Shown: positions 17,609 through 25,946, counted from the first letter of the stretch. The stretch: 32,000 nucleotides of DNA from an uncultured Nitrososphaerota archaeon (GCA_964480775.1 CAYZRF010000008.1:30001-62000), one strand, 5' to 3'. Program-made: numbers and translations. Notes: generated by a model from the sequence alone, not told the origin.

Positions 17609-18255
17609 TCTTTCATCGACCTCTCTACTGCAATGAGCATGGGAATGAACGCAAGAGGTCTGGCGAATTCAGCTAAAAGGTAAAAAGAAAATAGGTTCAG
17701 GAAAAATGAGGCCGCCATAAGGACATGAGAAGTAGCCATGAGGAGAAAAGCAATGAAAAGTAGACAGAGGTGTCCTTTTCTCGATGACGTCTTCCAGATT
17801 ATGTAAGAAAGCGGAATCAGTGAGAAAACATCAGCTAGGATCTTAAATTTGAATTCAGTGAGAGGTATCCACTTCCAAGGAAAGCCTATCAGAGCCTGAA
17901 ACTTGAAGGACTCCATGTATGACAGAGAGATCAGAATGTAGGATATGGGAAAGAGCAATAAATAAAGGGCCCAAGTCCAAGAAGGCTCTTGAAACCAACT
18001 CCATCCAAAACCTCCTTTTGGACCAAGGCATCCCACATGTCTACTGCACCTGCCTACATATGTTGAGATCAGTGTGTAGGAGCCTAGAAGTAGAGCCAGC
18101 GTCAAACTTAGAAATCCTAGAGAGAAAAAGGAAAGGCGTTTAGAGCCCAGAGTGTAGGCTCTAAATGAGTTGAATGTTATCATCCCAGCTATTAGAGCTG
18201 CAAAGAGTTCCATCACACCTATGGCAAAGGCAATCTCTGAGGGGAACAGGATCAT
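17605..18255 (-). CDS. Hypothetical polytopic membrane protein (about 6-7 TM)
   Basis: 216-aa ORF, hydrophobic throughout, with one Cys/Gly/Trp-rich loop (GRCSRHVGCLGPKGGFGWSWF). Its ATG overlaps the stop of the upstream small ORF (ATGA). Confidence 0.6.
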   Translation of the reverse strand: MILFPSEIAFAIGVMELFAALIAGMITFNSFRAYTLGSKRLSFFSLGFLSLTLALLLGSYTLISTYVGRCSRHVGCLGPKGGFGWSWFQEPSWTWALYLLLFPISYILISLSYMESFKFQALIGFPWKWIPLTEFKFKILADVFSLIPLSYIIWKTSSRKGHLCLLFIAFLLMATSHVLMAASFFLNLFSFYLLAEFARPLAFIPMLIAVERSMKE

Positions 18256-18413
18256 CCCTCCGGGCAGTAAGACTTCAATAACGTGCCATCTTCCAGCCCT
18301 ATCTCTTCCACTTTGAGTTCTCTCTTACCCGCGTGCTTATAATGTCCAACAACTTTGATTCTCATCCCTCTTTCGATTGGGAGATCTTGCCATCTTATTA
18401 TCTGATCTCCCAT
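18252..18413 (-). CDS. Small beta-rich ORF (53 aa), not in the supplied ORF track; possibly the displaced C-terminal half of the upstream gene
   Basis: My own translation gives (V)MGDQIIRWQDLPIERGMRIKVVGHYKHAGKRELKVEEIGLEDGTLLKSYCPEG. GTG and ATG starts lie at 18416 and 18413, with GAGGGAAG upstream. The stop overlaps the next ATG. This frame stays open upstream into the 3' end of the 93-aa ORF. Confidence 0.45.
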   Translation of the reverse strand: MGDQIIRWQDLPIERGMRIKVVGHYKHAGKRELKVEEIGLEDGTLLKSYCPEG

Positions 18414-18427
18414 CACCCACTTCCCTC

Positions 18428-18709
18428 TTATAATGAGAGTGATATTGCTCCGTTGTCTAGCTTTAAGAAATACTCGTTTTCATCTACTATGAGCAAACCA
18501 GAGACCTCAACCTCATGACAGTGACTCTCTTCACACTCGCACTCTTGCTCATGCCCGTGGCTCTTTTCCTCATTCCTGCACCCGCATTCATGTTCGTGCT
18601 CTTCCTCATTCTCGCATTCATGATGAGCAGAGATTATTATGGAATTGACTAAGATCAAACTCATCATTGCTACTACAAACCCATAATGAGGTATCCCGTC
18701 TTCACACAT
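18428..18709 (-). CDS. Membrane-anchored His/Cys/Glu-rich putative metal-binding protein
   Basis: 93-aa ORF with an N-terminal hydrophobic anchor (YGFVVAMMSLILVNSIIISA). Residues 29-66 read HHECENEEEHEHECGCRNEEKSHGHEQECECEESHCHE, which contains 8 His and 6 Cys. A beta-like segment VEVSGLLIVDENEYFLKLDNGAISLSL follows. Its ATG lies 1 nt after the stop of the upstream ORF. Confidence 0.6.
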   Translation of the reverse strand: MCEDGIPHYGFVVAMMSLILVNSIIISAHHECENEEEHEHECGCRNEEKSHGHEQECECEESHCHEVEVSGLLIVDENEYFLKLDNGAISLSL

Positions 18710-18710
18710 C

Positions 18711-18977
18711 TTACCCTTTGAAAACTCTCTTCAAGTATGCTAGAAGCGGCCTTCTATTCAAGATCGCATGAATTAGCACTAGACCAACCATTATGTAACC
18801 CGAATAATCATGGATCGATATCCATTGCCATTTCGTAAGGCCCATTATGATAACCCCTCCAGACCCTTTACTAGTTGGAGCAAAGTACAAGATAACCCCA
18901 GATGCAGCCACTAGCACGCCCGTAAACAGCAAGGAAAGAGTGATGAATATTCTTAGCCAAATTGTATTGCTTGACAT
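18711..18977 (-). CDS. DUF4405-like two-TM protein with conserved His residues
   Basis: 88-aa ORF. LLFTGVLVAASGVILYFAP ... GLTKWQWISIHDYSGYIMVGLVLIHAILNRRPLLAYLK matches my recollection of the DUF4405 pattern (GLTKxQW..H ... H..LN..PL..YLK). Confidence 0.6.
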   Translation of the reverse strand: MSSNTIWLRIFITLSLLFTGVLVAASGVILYFAPTSKGSGGVIIMGLTKWQWISIHDYSGYIMVGLVLIHAILNRRPLLAYLKRVFKG

Positions 18978-19124
18978 TTCACATCTCTCATACCAAAAAG
19001 CTCGGCCTAATTAGAGTTATGGTCGAATTGTTCAGAAGAGATGTTAGCTTGATGGAGATCACAATCTCAATAGGTTTCGCTCTTTTGAAAAGTTTTATCT
19101 TTTTATGAAAAGGTCGTTTAGCAG

Positions 19125-20309
19125 GTGACCTTATTGATAGCTCTAAAAGGTGGGAGGATCATAACGATAACAAAGGGGGTTATTGAAGGAGGTACGATCC
19201 TTATAGAAAATGGAAAGATAAAGGCAGTGGGCAAGGAGGTTACGATCCCTTCTGGCACTGAAGTAATAGATGTTACAGGAAAGGTAGTCATGCCAGGAAT
19301 AGTGGATCCACACACCCATGCTGGTATAAGCATGGAGGAGGTTGGTTGGGAGGGTAGAGATCATAACGAGATTACGGATCCGGTGACACCACATCTTAGA
19401 GCATTAGACGCAATAAAACCAGAAGATCACGGTTTTCAAGAGGCAAGGGAGTACGGTATAACAACGGCGTGCGTTGTACCAGGAAGCGCGAATCCAATTG
19501 GTGGTTTGGGCGCAATTGTGAAGTGTTATGGAAACACCGTTGAAGAAATGCTTATAAAAGAGCCTTTCTGTCTGAAGATGGCTTTTGGAGAGAACCCAAG
19601 GAGTGTCTATGGTCAAGGGATGAAAAAAGCCCCTTACACAAGGATGGCCGTCGCAGGTCTCATTAGAGAGTGGCTAACTAAAGCTCAAAATTACATGAAA
19701 AAGAAGGAAGCAGCGAAAAAGAAACCTGAGGATTGGGAAAAATTCGAAAAGGACATAAAGCTAGAGGTCCTAGAGAAACTTCTGAGAAAAGAGTTGGTTG
19801 CTTACCCTCACGCACACACCTCTTACGATATCATGACGGCAATTAGACTTTCGGAGGAGTTTGGATACAAAATGATCCTACAGCATTCAACAGAAGCTCA
19901 TCTAGTGGCAAACGAATTGGCAAAAAGAGACATATGGGCCGTATGTGGTCCCCTTCTAACCGCTAGATATAAGGTTGAGTTAAGGCATAGGACTCCACAA
20001 ACTCCAGCTATACTATACAAAGCAGGGGTAAAAGTGGCTTTCACTGTAGATCACCCTGTTTTACCTCCGAAAATGCTTCCTATAAGTGCAGCCGTTGCAG
20101 TTAGAGAAGGTTTACCTGAAGAAGAGGCCCTAAAAGCTCTAACGATAAATCCTGCTCAATTCCTTGGATTAGATCATAGAATTGGAAGCATAGAGGAGGG
20201 TAAGGACGCAGACCTTGTTGTCATGACCGGACATCCGTTGGACGTGATGAGAAGCAAAGTTGAGATGACCTTCATCGATGGCAAAATAGTTTACGAGACG
20301 AAGAGTTAA
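19125..20309 (+). CDS. Amidohydrolase-superfamily metallohydrolase (COG1228-like)
   Basis: 394-aa ORF with a GTG start. It has VMPGIVDPHTHAG (HxH metal motif), later His residues and a VDHP Asp motif, and a C-terminal GSIEEGKDADLVV. A TATA-like TTTTATCTTTTTATG lies about 20-30 nt upstream, so the transcript may be leaderless. Confidence 0.85.
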   Translation: MTLLIALKGGRIITITKGVIEGGTILIENGKIKAVGKEVTIPSGTEVIDVTGKVVMPGIVDPHTHAGISMEEVGWEGRDHNEITDPVTPHLRALDAIKPEDHGFQEAREYGITTACVVPGSANPIGGLGAIVKCYGNTVEEMLIKEPFCLKMAFGENPRSVYGQGMKKAPYTRMAVAGLIREWLTKAQNYMKKKEAAKKKPEDWEKFEKDIKLEVLEKLLRKELVAYPHAHTSYDIMTAIRLSEEFGYKMILQHSTEAHLVANELAKRDIWAVCGPLLTARYKVELRHRTPQTPAILYKAGVKVAFTVDHPVLPPKMLPISAAVAVREGLPEEEALKALTINPAQFLGLDHRIGSIEEGKDADLVVMTGHPLDVMRSKVEMTFIDGKIVYETKS

Positions 20310-20355
20310 TCTACTACCTTTTTCCCTTTCTTTTTTCAAACCTACTTATCGAGAC

Positions 20356-21387
20356 CTAATTGATCTCTATTAGGTATTTGTCTCTATCGATAATCTTTTT
20401 ACCATCGACCCAGACGGTTGCTTCCTTTATTATACAGTCGATGTGGGTTTTCGACACCCAGTCAGCTCCAGTTTCTTTTGGATAGGGATTACCAAATGCT
20501 AGATGCACTCTAGCCTTCTCATCTTGGAGCAGGATACCTACTAGGGGCATTTCGATTAGTTCTAAGTTTGTAGGTAGGGCTATCTCGCCTGCTTTATTGC
20601 TATTTTCATCGGTCTTAAGATATTCCTTTAGATCTGCCTTTAACTCATTCAATTCGCACTCTATGCTCTCTACATTTGCTCTTGAATCAACTATATCAAT
20701 GTGAACTGGGGTATCTCTATCAGCCTCTGGCCTTGTTAATGTCCCATATTTCTTTGAGAACCAGTCTCCTAGTTCATCTGCAACAATATGGCCGTTTGCA
20801 TTGAATGGTGCTGTAAATATCTCTCCTTCGGGTAGATTTCCCCACTCTCCTTTCTTGTGGTATATCCCATCACATGGTTTCCATCTCCATTCAGGATTTA
20901 GCTCAATTTGAAGGTTTGTTCCTGCCGGGTTTCTTACTTCAAGCTTCTTTGCATTTTTTAAGATCTTTTCCAACTTTTTTGTAAAGGATGAAATCCTCTT
21001 GTAATCAGAACACATTCCCTGTTCCATTAAGAGCTTAGTAACTCCTGGCATGTGAGCATGCCTTGCATATTTAGTTGCAAGCAATCTGAAAGACCTTCTC
21101 ATAGGAAGTTCGCCTTTCTTGCTTTCTGCAGCCCAGAAAGTTACGTTGGCCCAAGGTACTGCCTTTTCGATTTTCTCAGGAAGCTCCGTCATGGGTCTTT
21201 CTCCGTAGTCTTCGAGAACATAGAGCTTGACATGTTGGGTTACTTCCAGCGCAGCTCTTCTTATGGCATCGCCAACTTCATATTGGAGCCTGTCTGTCAC
21301 TATTAGAACGTGTTCCCCTGGTTTAACCCCCATACAAACTTTTACAGCGTTTTTGGCCCCTTCATCCAATGTTCCCATTTTATTCAC
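20356..21387 (-). CDS. M29-type (AmpS/aminopeptidase T-like, COG2309) aminopeptidase
   Basis: 343-aa ORF. The N-terminus reads GAKNAVKVCMGVKPGEHVLIVTD and the C-terminus reads LLQDEKARVHLAFGNPY...SKTHIDCI, both typical of this family. Confidence 0.75.
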   Translation of the reverse strand: MNKMGTLDEGAKNAVKVCMGVKPGEHVLIVTDRLQYEVGDAIRRAALEVTQHVKLYVLEDYGERPMTELPEKIEKAVPWANVTFWAAESKKGELPMRRSFRLLATKYARHAHMPGVTKLLMEQGMCSDYKRISSFTKKLEKILKNAKKLEVRNPAGTNLQIELNPEWRWKPCDGIYHKKGEWGNLPEGEIFTAPFNANGHIVADELGDWFSKKYGTLTRPEADRDTPVHIDIVDSRANVESIECELNELKADLKEYLKTDENSNKAGEIALPTNLELIEMPLVGILLQDEKARVHLAFGNPYPKETGADWVSKTHIDCIIKEATVWVDGKKIIDRDKYLIEIN

Positions 21388-21477
21388 CTCAAAATAATTT
21401 CAGAGAGAATAAATTAATCATTACCGCCCATCAGTTCTGTTTATCTCTTTCCTCCGTTCCAATGCCCGGGTGGTAGC

Positions 21478-23118
21478 TTGTCCAGTAAGCCCAAGATTCT
21501 AATTGAGAATGGCATTATTATGGATGGAACGGGTAATCCATGGTTTAGAGGAGACATTGCTGTAGAAGACGGGAAAATTTCAAAAATAGGAAGAGCAAAG
21601 GACTTTCAAGCGGATATAAGGATAGATGCAACGAACTTCGTTGTCTGCCCTGGATTTATTGACATACACGGGCATAGCGACTTAGCTGTGATTGTAGATC
21701 CAAAAGCTGAGAGTAAGGTTATGCAAGGAGTTACAACCGAGCTTGGAGGGAACTGCGGTCATTCTCCAGCTCCATTGGAAGGATATGCTCTTGAAGAGGA
21801 GAAAAAATCTGCAGAAAGGTATGGAATAGAGATAGACTGGAGGACTTTTGGCGAGTATCTCGATAGGATAGATAGGCAAGGTTGCTCAATTAACTTCGCA
21901 TGTCTTCTCGGTCATGGAACCATTAGGTGGTGCGTGGTAGGTCCAGATGACAGAGATCCAACAGAGGAGGAGATGGAGAGGATGAAAGAACTAGTCGACA
22001 AGTCGATGAGAGAAGGGGCGTTTGGACTATCAACAGGGCTCATGTATGCACCAGGATGCTATGCAAGCACTGAAGAAATCATAGAACTCGCTAAAGTTGT
22101 GGCTAAACATGGAGGGATTTACGCATCTCACATAAGGAGAAGAGGTGAGGGTATAAGGCGCTGGGGACTAATAACTCCCAGAATCGACACCCTCGTAGAG
22201 GCGGTAAGAGAAACCATTGAAGTAGGGGAGAGAGCTGGTCTTCCTGCTCAGATAAGCCATCACAAAGCCATGGGTAGGGTAAACTGGGGTAAGGTAAAGA
22301 AAACACTTGCCATGGTTGAAGATGCCAGGCTGAGAGGCGTTGATGTTACTTGTGACCAATATCCATACACTGCAGCAAGCAGCAGCCTAGCTTCAGCATT
22401 TCCAGCGTGGGCTAGGGCAGGGGGAACGAAGAAGCTAATCGAGAGGCTGATGAATCCAGAAACGAGAGCAAAGATAAAAGAGGAGACTATTGAAAACTTG
22501 GAGGGCATAGGAGCTGAATATGGATGGGGAGATGCCTATATCTCTTACCTTAAATCAGAAAAGAACGCACATCTAATAGGTAAAAGCCTCAAAGAAGCTG
22601 CAGAGCTGCTTGGAAAAGATCCGTTTGAAGCTGCGGCCGATCTTCTGATAGAAGAGGAAGGCTCTGTTGGAATAGTCTATTTCGCAATGTGCGAAGAGGA
22701 TGTCGAAACCGTAATGAGGAACAGAAACGTTATGGTAGGATCCGATGGCTATGCTCTCTCACCAAAAGGAATTCTCGGAAGAGGAAGGCCCCACCCAAGG
22801 AGCTATGGAACCTACCCAAGGGTGTTGGGGGTCTATGTAAGGGAAAAGAGAATTATACCTTGGGAAGAAGCCATAAGAAAGATGACTTCCATGCCTGCTC
22901 AGAAACTAGGGCTCTTCGATAGGGGGATCATAAGGCCAGGGATGCGTGCTGACATAGTTGTATTTAATCCGAGGACAATCAAGGATAGAGCTACTTTTGA
23001 TAATCCACATCGATTCCCTCTAGGCATCGAATACGTTCTAGTGAACGGAGAGATCGTAGTCGAGAATGGAAATCATACGGGTTTGACTCCAGGAACAGTA
23101 TTGAGGCATAGAGCATGA
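21478..23118 (+). CDS. N-acyl-D-amino-acid deacylase (D-aminoacylase) family amidohydrolase
   Basis: 546-aa ORF with a TTG start. Family motifs are PGFIDIHGHSD, GGIYASHIR, ISHHKA, DQYPY, GSDG and HPRSYGTYPR. Confidence 0.85.
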   Translation: MSSKPKILIENGIIMDGTGNPWFRGDIAVEDGKISKIGRAKDFQADIRIDATNFVVCPGFIDIHGHSDLAVIVDPKAESKVMQGVTTELGGNCGHSPAPLEGYALEEEKKSAERYGIEIDWRTFGEYLDRIDRQGCSINFACLLGHGTIRWCVVGPDDRDPTEEEMERMKELVDKSMREGAFGLSTGLMYAPGCYASTEEIIELAKVVAKHGGIYASHIRRRGEGIRRWGLITPRIDTLVEAVRETIEVGERAGLPAQISHHKAMGRVNWGKVKKTLAMVEDARLRGVDVTCDQYPYTAASSSLASAFPAWARAGGTKKLIERLMNPETRAKIKEETIENLEGIGAEYGWGDAYISYLKSEKNAHLIGKSLKEAAELLGKDPFEAAADLLIEEEGSVGIVYFAMCEEDVETVMRNRNVMVGSDGYALSPKGILGRGRPHPRSYGTYPRVLGVYVREKRIIPWEEAIRKMTSMPAQKLGLFDRGIIRPGMRADIVVFNPRTIKDRATFDNPHRFPLGIEYVLVNGEIVVENGNHTGLTPGTVLRHRA

Positions 23119-23120
23119 CT

Positions 23121-23657
23121 TCAGCTTTCAATGCTCCTCCTTAACATGACAACGTCCTTCCCCAAGTATCCCTCCCTAACGAAGCCATAGATAGTAAATC
23201 CTAAATTCAGATAGAACGAGATGAAAAATCTCTCATCAGCAGGTACTGATGTTGTGAGATAAGTAGCAGAGGGTACCTTTTCTTTTATAACCTTGCTAAA
23301 ATGATCTAATAACATTTTTTCTACGCCAGCCATCGAAGCTTCCTTGCTAAGGACATGTATGAAAACTACGCTTGGTGGTAGAGAAGCAGTCCCAGTTATG
23401 ATGCCCACGATTTCGTTGTTTTTCTTAGCCACAACAGACACCTTGAGGGGCCCCCATATCATCCTAAGGACTCCTTCTTTTCCCTTTATGGGTGGAGGAA
23501 GGGTTCCTTTAAGGGAATTATACAGCACTTCAGCGCACTTATCCGCATCTTCGGGCTTCAACTCTTCGAGGACATATTCTGAGTTTTTCAAACTACTCAC
23601 CATGAAACCCCGTACGCTAACCTTAATTATGATTTCTGCGAAGGTCAAACTGACCAA
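23121..23657 (-). CDS. GNAT-like acetyltransferase (divergent)
   Basis: 178-aa ORF. NNEIVGIITG ... FIHVLSKEASMAGVEKMLLDHF ... FYLNLGFTIYGF follows the GNAT beta4-alpha3 and C-terminal pattern. The true start may be the internal Met (MVSSLKN). Confidence 0.55.
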   Translation of the reverse strand: MVSLTFAEIIIKVSVRGFMVSSLKNSEYVLEELKPEDADKCAEVLYNSLKGTLPPPIKGKEGVLRMIWGPLKVSVVAKKNNEIVGIITGTASLPPSVVFIHVLSKEASMAGVEKMLLDHFSKVIKEKVPSATYLTTSVPADERFFISFYLNLGFTIYGFVREGYLGKDVVMLRRSIES

Positions 23658-23709
23658 AGGATAGAAAATTTACACAACTTTGAAAAGCAACTACTATAGT
23701 TAATTCTTA

Positions 23710-24594
23710 ATGAAGGCCAGAAAGCTGAAAGGAGATCCTGTTAGGCTTTTCTGGGACGAAGCAAGCTGCTGGAGGAAGTTAACTCTTCTAAGGCTTTTAG
23801 GAGTTCTTGAAGAAGAACTATCTCAGAAATACCTAAAAGAAATATTACAGCTTCAGAATCTAGATGGAGGGTTTTCTAGAAACAAAGGAGAAACCTCCTC
23901 GGTTATAGCAACTGCTGAAGCTGTAATTAACCTAATTACATCTGGCAAAGAATCAAGTTCCCCGACAATACGACGTGCAATAGGTTTCTTGTGGAACTTA
24001 CAGAAGGAAAACGGGGGATGGCACGAGAATCCTGAGCTATCAAAGGACAAAACCCCCTTTTGGTCAAGTTCCGAAAAAGGAGTCCCAATTCTTACTTCTG
24101 ACTCGATAGAAGCTTTAGTAGAGGCGGGATACAGAAGAGATTTTCGTGTTCAAAAGGCCGTTGAGTGGCTACTTAGCATGCAGTCTTCTTCTGGAATGTG
24201 GTTAAGCATTGAAGGCGCGGATCCTACCGACATAGAGTCAGATTCAACACAAAGGGCAATATCTGCTATGATAAAGTTTGGAATGCAGGTTGATTCGCCC
24301 ACAATTAAGAAAGCCTGTCTAGCTTTGGAAGATTTTGTCGTGACTGAGGTAGAGGAATGGGCAAAGATATATCCGCCTGTGTGGCCATGGGTAGCCGCGT
24401 TAGATGGACTTATAGCAGCTGGTTATACCCTAGAAAACGAGATAGTTCAGTTATCCTTGAGTAAAATCTTAGAAAAACAAAAAGAAGATAGTGGGTGGCC
24501 AAATAAATATGAGCTTCGCGTTGTTCCTACTTTAGTAGCCTTAGAGTTCATTACAAAAGAGGAAGTTTTGAGATTCATTGAAACGATGTCGTAG
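23710..24594 (+). CDS. Prenyltransferase/squalene-oxidase-repeat (alpha/alpha toroid) protein
   Basis: 294-aa ORF with four repeat signatures: LQNLDGGFS, LQKENGGWHE, MQSSSGMWL and KQKEDSGWP. It has no DxDD motif. Confidence 0.65.
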   Translation: MKARKLKGDPVRLFWDEASCWRKLTLLRLLGVLEEELSQKYLKEILQLQNLDGGFSRNKGETSSVIATAEAVINLITSGKESSSPTIRRAIGFLWNLQKENGGWHENPELSKDKTPFWSSSEKGVPILTSDSIEALVEAGYRRDFRVQKAVEWLLSMQSSSGMWLSIEGADPTDIESDSTQRAISAMIKFGMQVDSPTIKKACLALEDFVVTEVEEWAKIYPPVWPWVAALDGLIAAGYTLENEIVQLSLSKILEKQKEDSGWPNKYELRVVPTLVALEFITKEEVLRFIETMS

Positions 24595-24752
24595 GAAAAT
24601 GATATATCTTGGGATCACTCAAGGAACAAATAAGGAGACTTGAAGGAACTCAATGTAAAAGCTTCTGATTCAGTAAGATAACAGAGTTAAAAAGGCAATT
24701 GGCACAATCTTAAGAATAGGCGGCCCACTCTCCAGCAGACGCACATCCCGAA

Positions 24753-24765
24753 AAACTTAAATCTC
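24753..24765 (+). promoter_or_regulatory. TATA/BRE-like promoter element upstream of guaB
   Basis: AAACTTAAATCTC lies 21-33 nt upstream of the ATG at 24786, spacing consistent with a leaderless or near-leaderless mRNA. The 13-mer is identical to the one at 7605-7617. Confidence 0.45.
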
Positions 24766-24785
24766 CTTTCAAAACCGAGATTTTA

Positions 24786-25946
24786 ATGGAGACTTTTAAG
24801 CCCTTCCTTTTGAAGCTTCTTGAAGCTCCTCTTGTGTTAACATTTAGAGATGTTATTCTTTTACCAGGCAAAGCCGTTGTTGAACCTTCAGAAGTAAAAC
24901 TGACCACAAATTTCACCAAGTCAATAAAACTAAAAGTTCCTTTAGTTTCAGCTCCTATGGATACGGTGACGTCCTCTAAGATGGCAACAGCTATCGCTAG
25001 ATGCGGTGGAATAGGAGTGATCCACAGAAATATGCCTAAAGATGAACAAATTAAAGAGGTCAGAGAGGTTAAGGCATCTAATCCTTTTGAAGGGATTGGA
25101 AATAAAGAATCCCTTAAGCCAGCAATGGATAAGGACGGAAATCTTCTTGTGGCCGCAGCAGTTAGCCCTTTTGATTTGGATAGAGCAAGGAAATTGAGCA
25201 GATGGGCTGACGCTCTAATAGTAGATGTAGCACACTTTCACAACGAAGCTGTGATTGTGGCAACTAAGAAGATGATCTCAGAGATAGGAATAGATATCGT
25301 TGTTGGAAATGTTGGTAGTTATGAAGCAGTCGAGGAGATAATCACTAGGATCGAGGCAGCTGCATTAAGAGTGGGTATGTCCTCTGGTAGCATCTGTATA
25401 ACTGGTGAAGTGACAGGAGCGGCCTCTCCCACATTGTGGGCAACTGCTCAAGCTTCACAGGCCTTAAAAGACTATGGAGTAAAGCTACCAGTCATCGCTG
25501 ATGGAGGGATAAAGGGTCCAGGGGATGCGGCTAAGGCCTTCGCTGTAGGAGCTTCTAGTGTGATGCTTGGTTTCGTGTTAGCTGGATCTGAAGAATCTCC
25601 GAATGAACCTATTATGATAAACGGCAAGATGTTCAAGTTGTATAGAGGCATGGGGAGCCTTTCGGCTAGAGCTAAAAGGTACGTTCTTGACAGATATTCA
25701 AAACCCTCTAAGGAAGTGGCAGAGGGAGTTGAGATGCTCGTTCCCTTCAAAGGAAAAGTGGTATCCATCATAAAAGAGTTTGTAGGTGGCCTGAAAGCAG
25801 CTTTCGGATATGCAGGAGCCTCAACCATTGAAGATATGTGGAAAAAGGCTAGATTAGGGAGAATAACTCCGCTAGGAATAAGAGAAATTTCAGCTCACGG
25901 TTATTCCCATTCAATGGTTGAAGGGGGTTTATGGGTAACATCATAA
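24786..25946 (+). CDS. guaB: IMP dehydrogenase family protein lacking the CBS (Bateman) subdomain
   Basis: 386-aa ORF with LTFRDVILLPG, SAPMDTV, GVIHRNM, the catalytic-Cys loop GSICIT, ADGGIKGPGDAAKA, YRGMGS, KRY and EGVE. Only about 23 aa lie where a CBS pair of about 115 aa normally sits. GMP reductase cannot be fully excluded. Confidence 0.7.
   Translation: METFKPFLLKLLEAPLVLTFRDVILLPGKAVVEPSEVKLTTNFTKSIKLKVPLVSAPMDTVTSSKMATAIARCGGIGVIHRNMPKDEQIKEVREVKASNPFEGIGNKESLKPAMDKDGNLLVAAAVSPFDLDRARKLSRWADALIVDVAHFHNEAVIVATKKMISEIGIDIVVGNVGSYEAVEEIITRIEAAALRVGMSSGSICITGEVTGAASPTLWATAQASQALKDYGVKLPVIADGGIKGPGDAAKAFAVGASSVMLGFVLAGSEESPNEPIMINGKMFKLYRGMGSLSARAKRYVLDRYSKPSKEVAEGVEMLVPFKGKVVSIIKEFVGGLKAAFGYAGASTIEDMWKKARLGRITPLGIREISAHGYSHSMVEGGLWVTS

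Noticed and set aside
18414-18440. Programmed -1 ribosomal frameshift at the end of the His/Cys-rich ORF
   Set aside because: There is no canonical X-XXY-YYZ slippery heptamer at CTC-TCA-TTA-TAA and no obvious downstream pseudoknot or hairpin. An indel or a separate initiation is more parsimonious. I kept the split-domain observation as a finding.
25472-25828. 118-aa minus-strand ORF inside guaB
   Set aside because: It is a shadow ORF antisense to the conserved IMPDH barrel and has Pro/Ala/Ser-rich mirror-frame composition.
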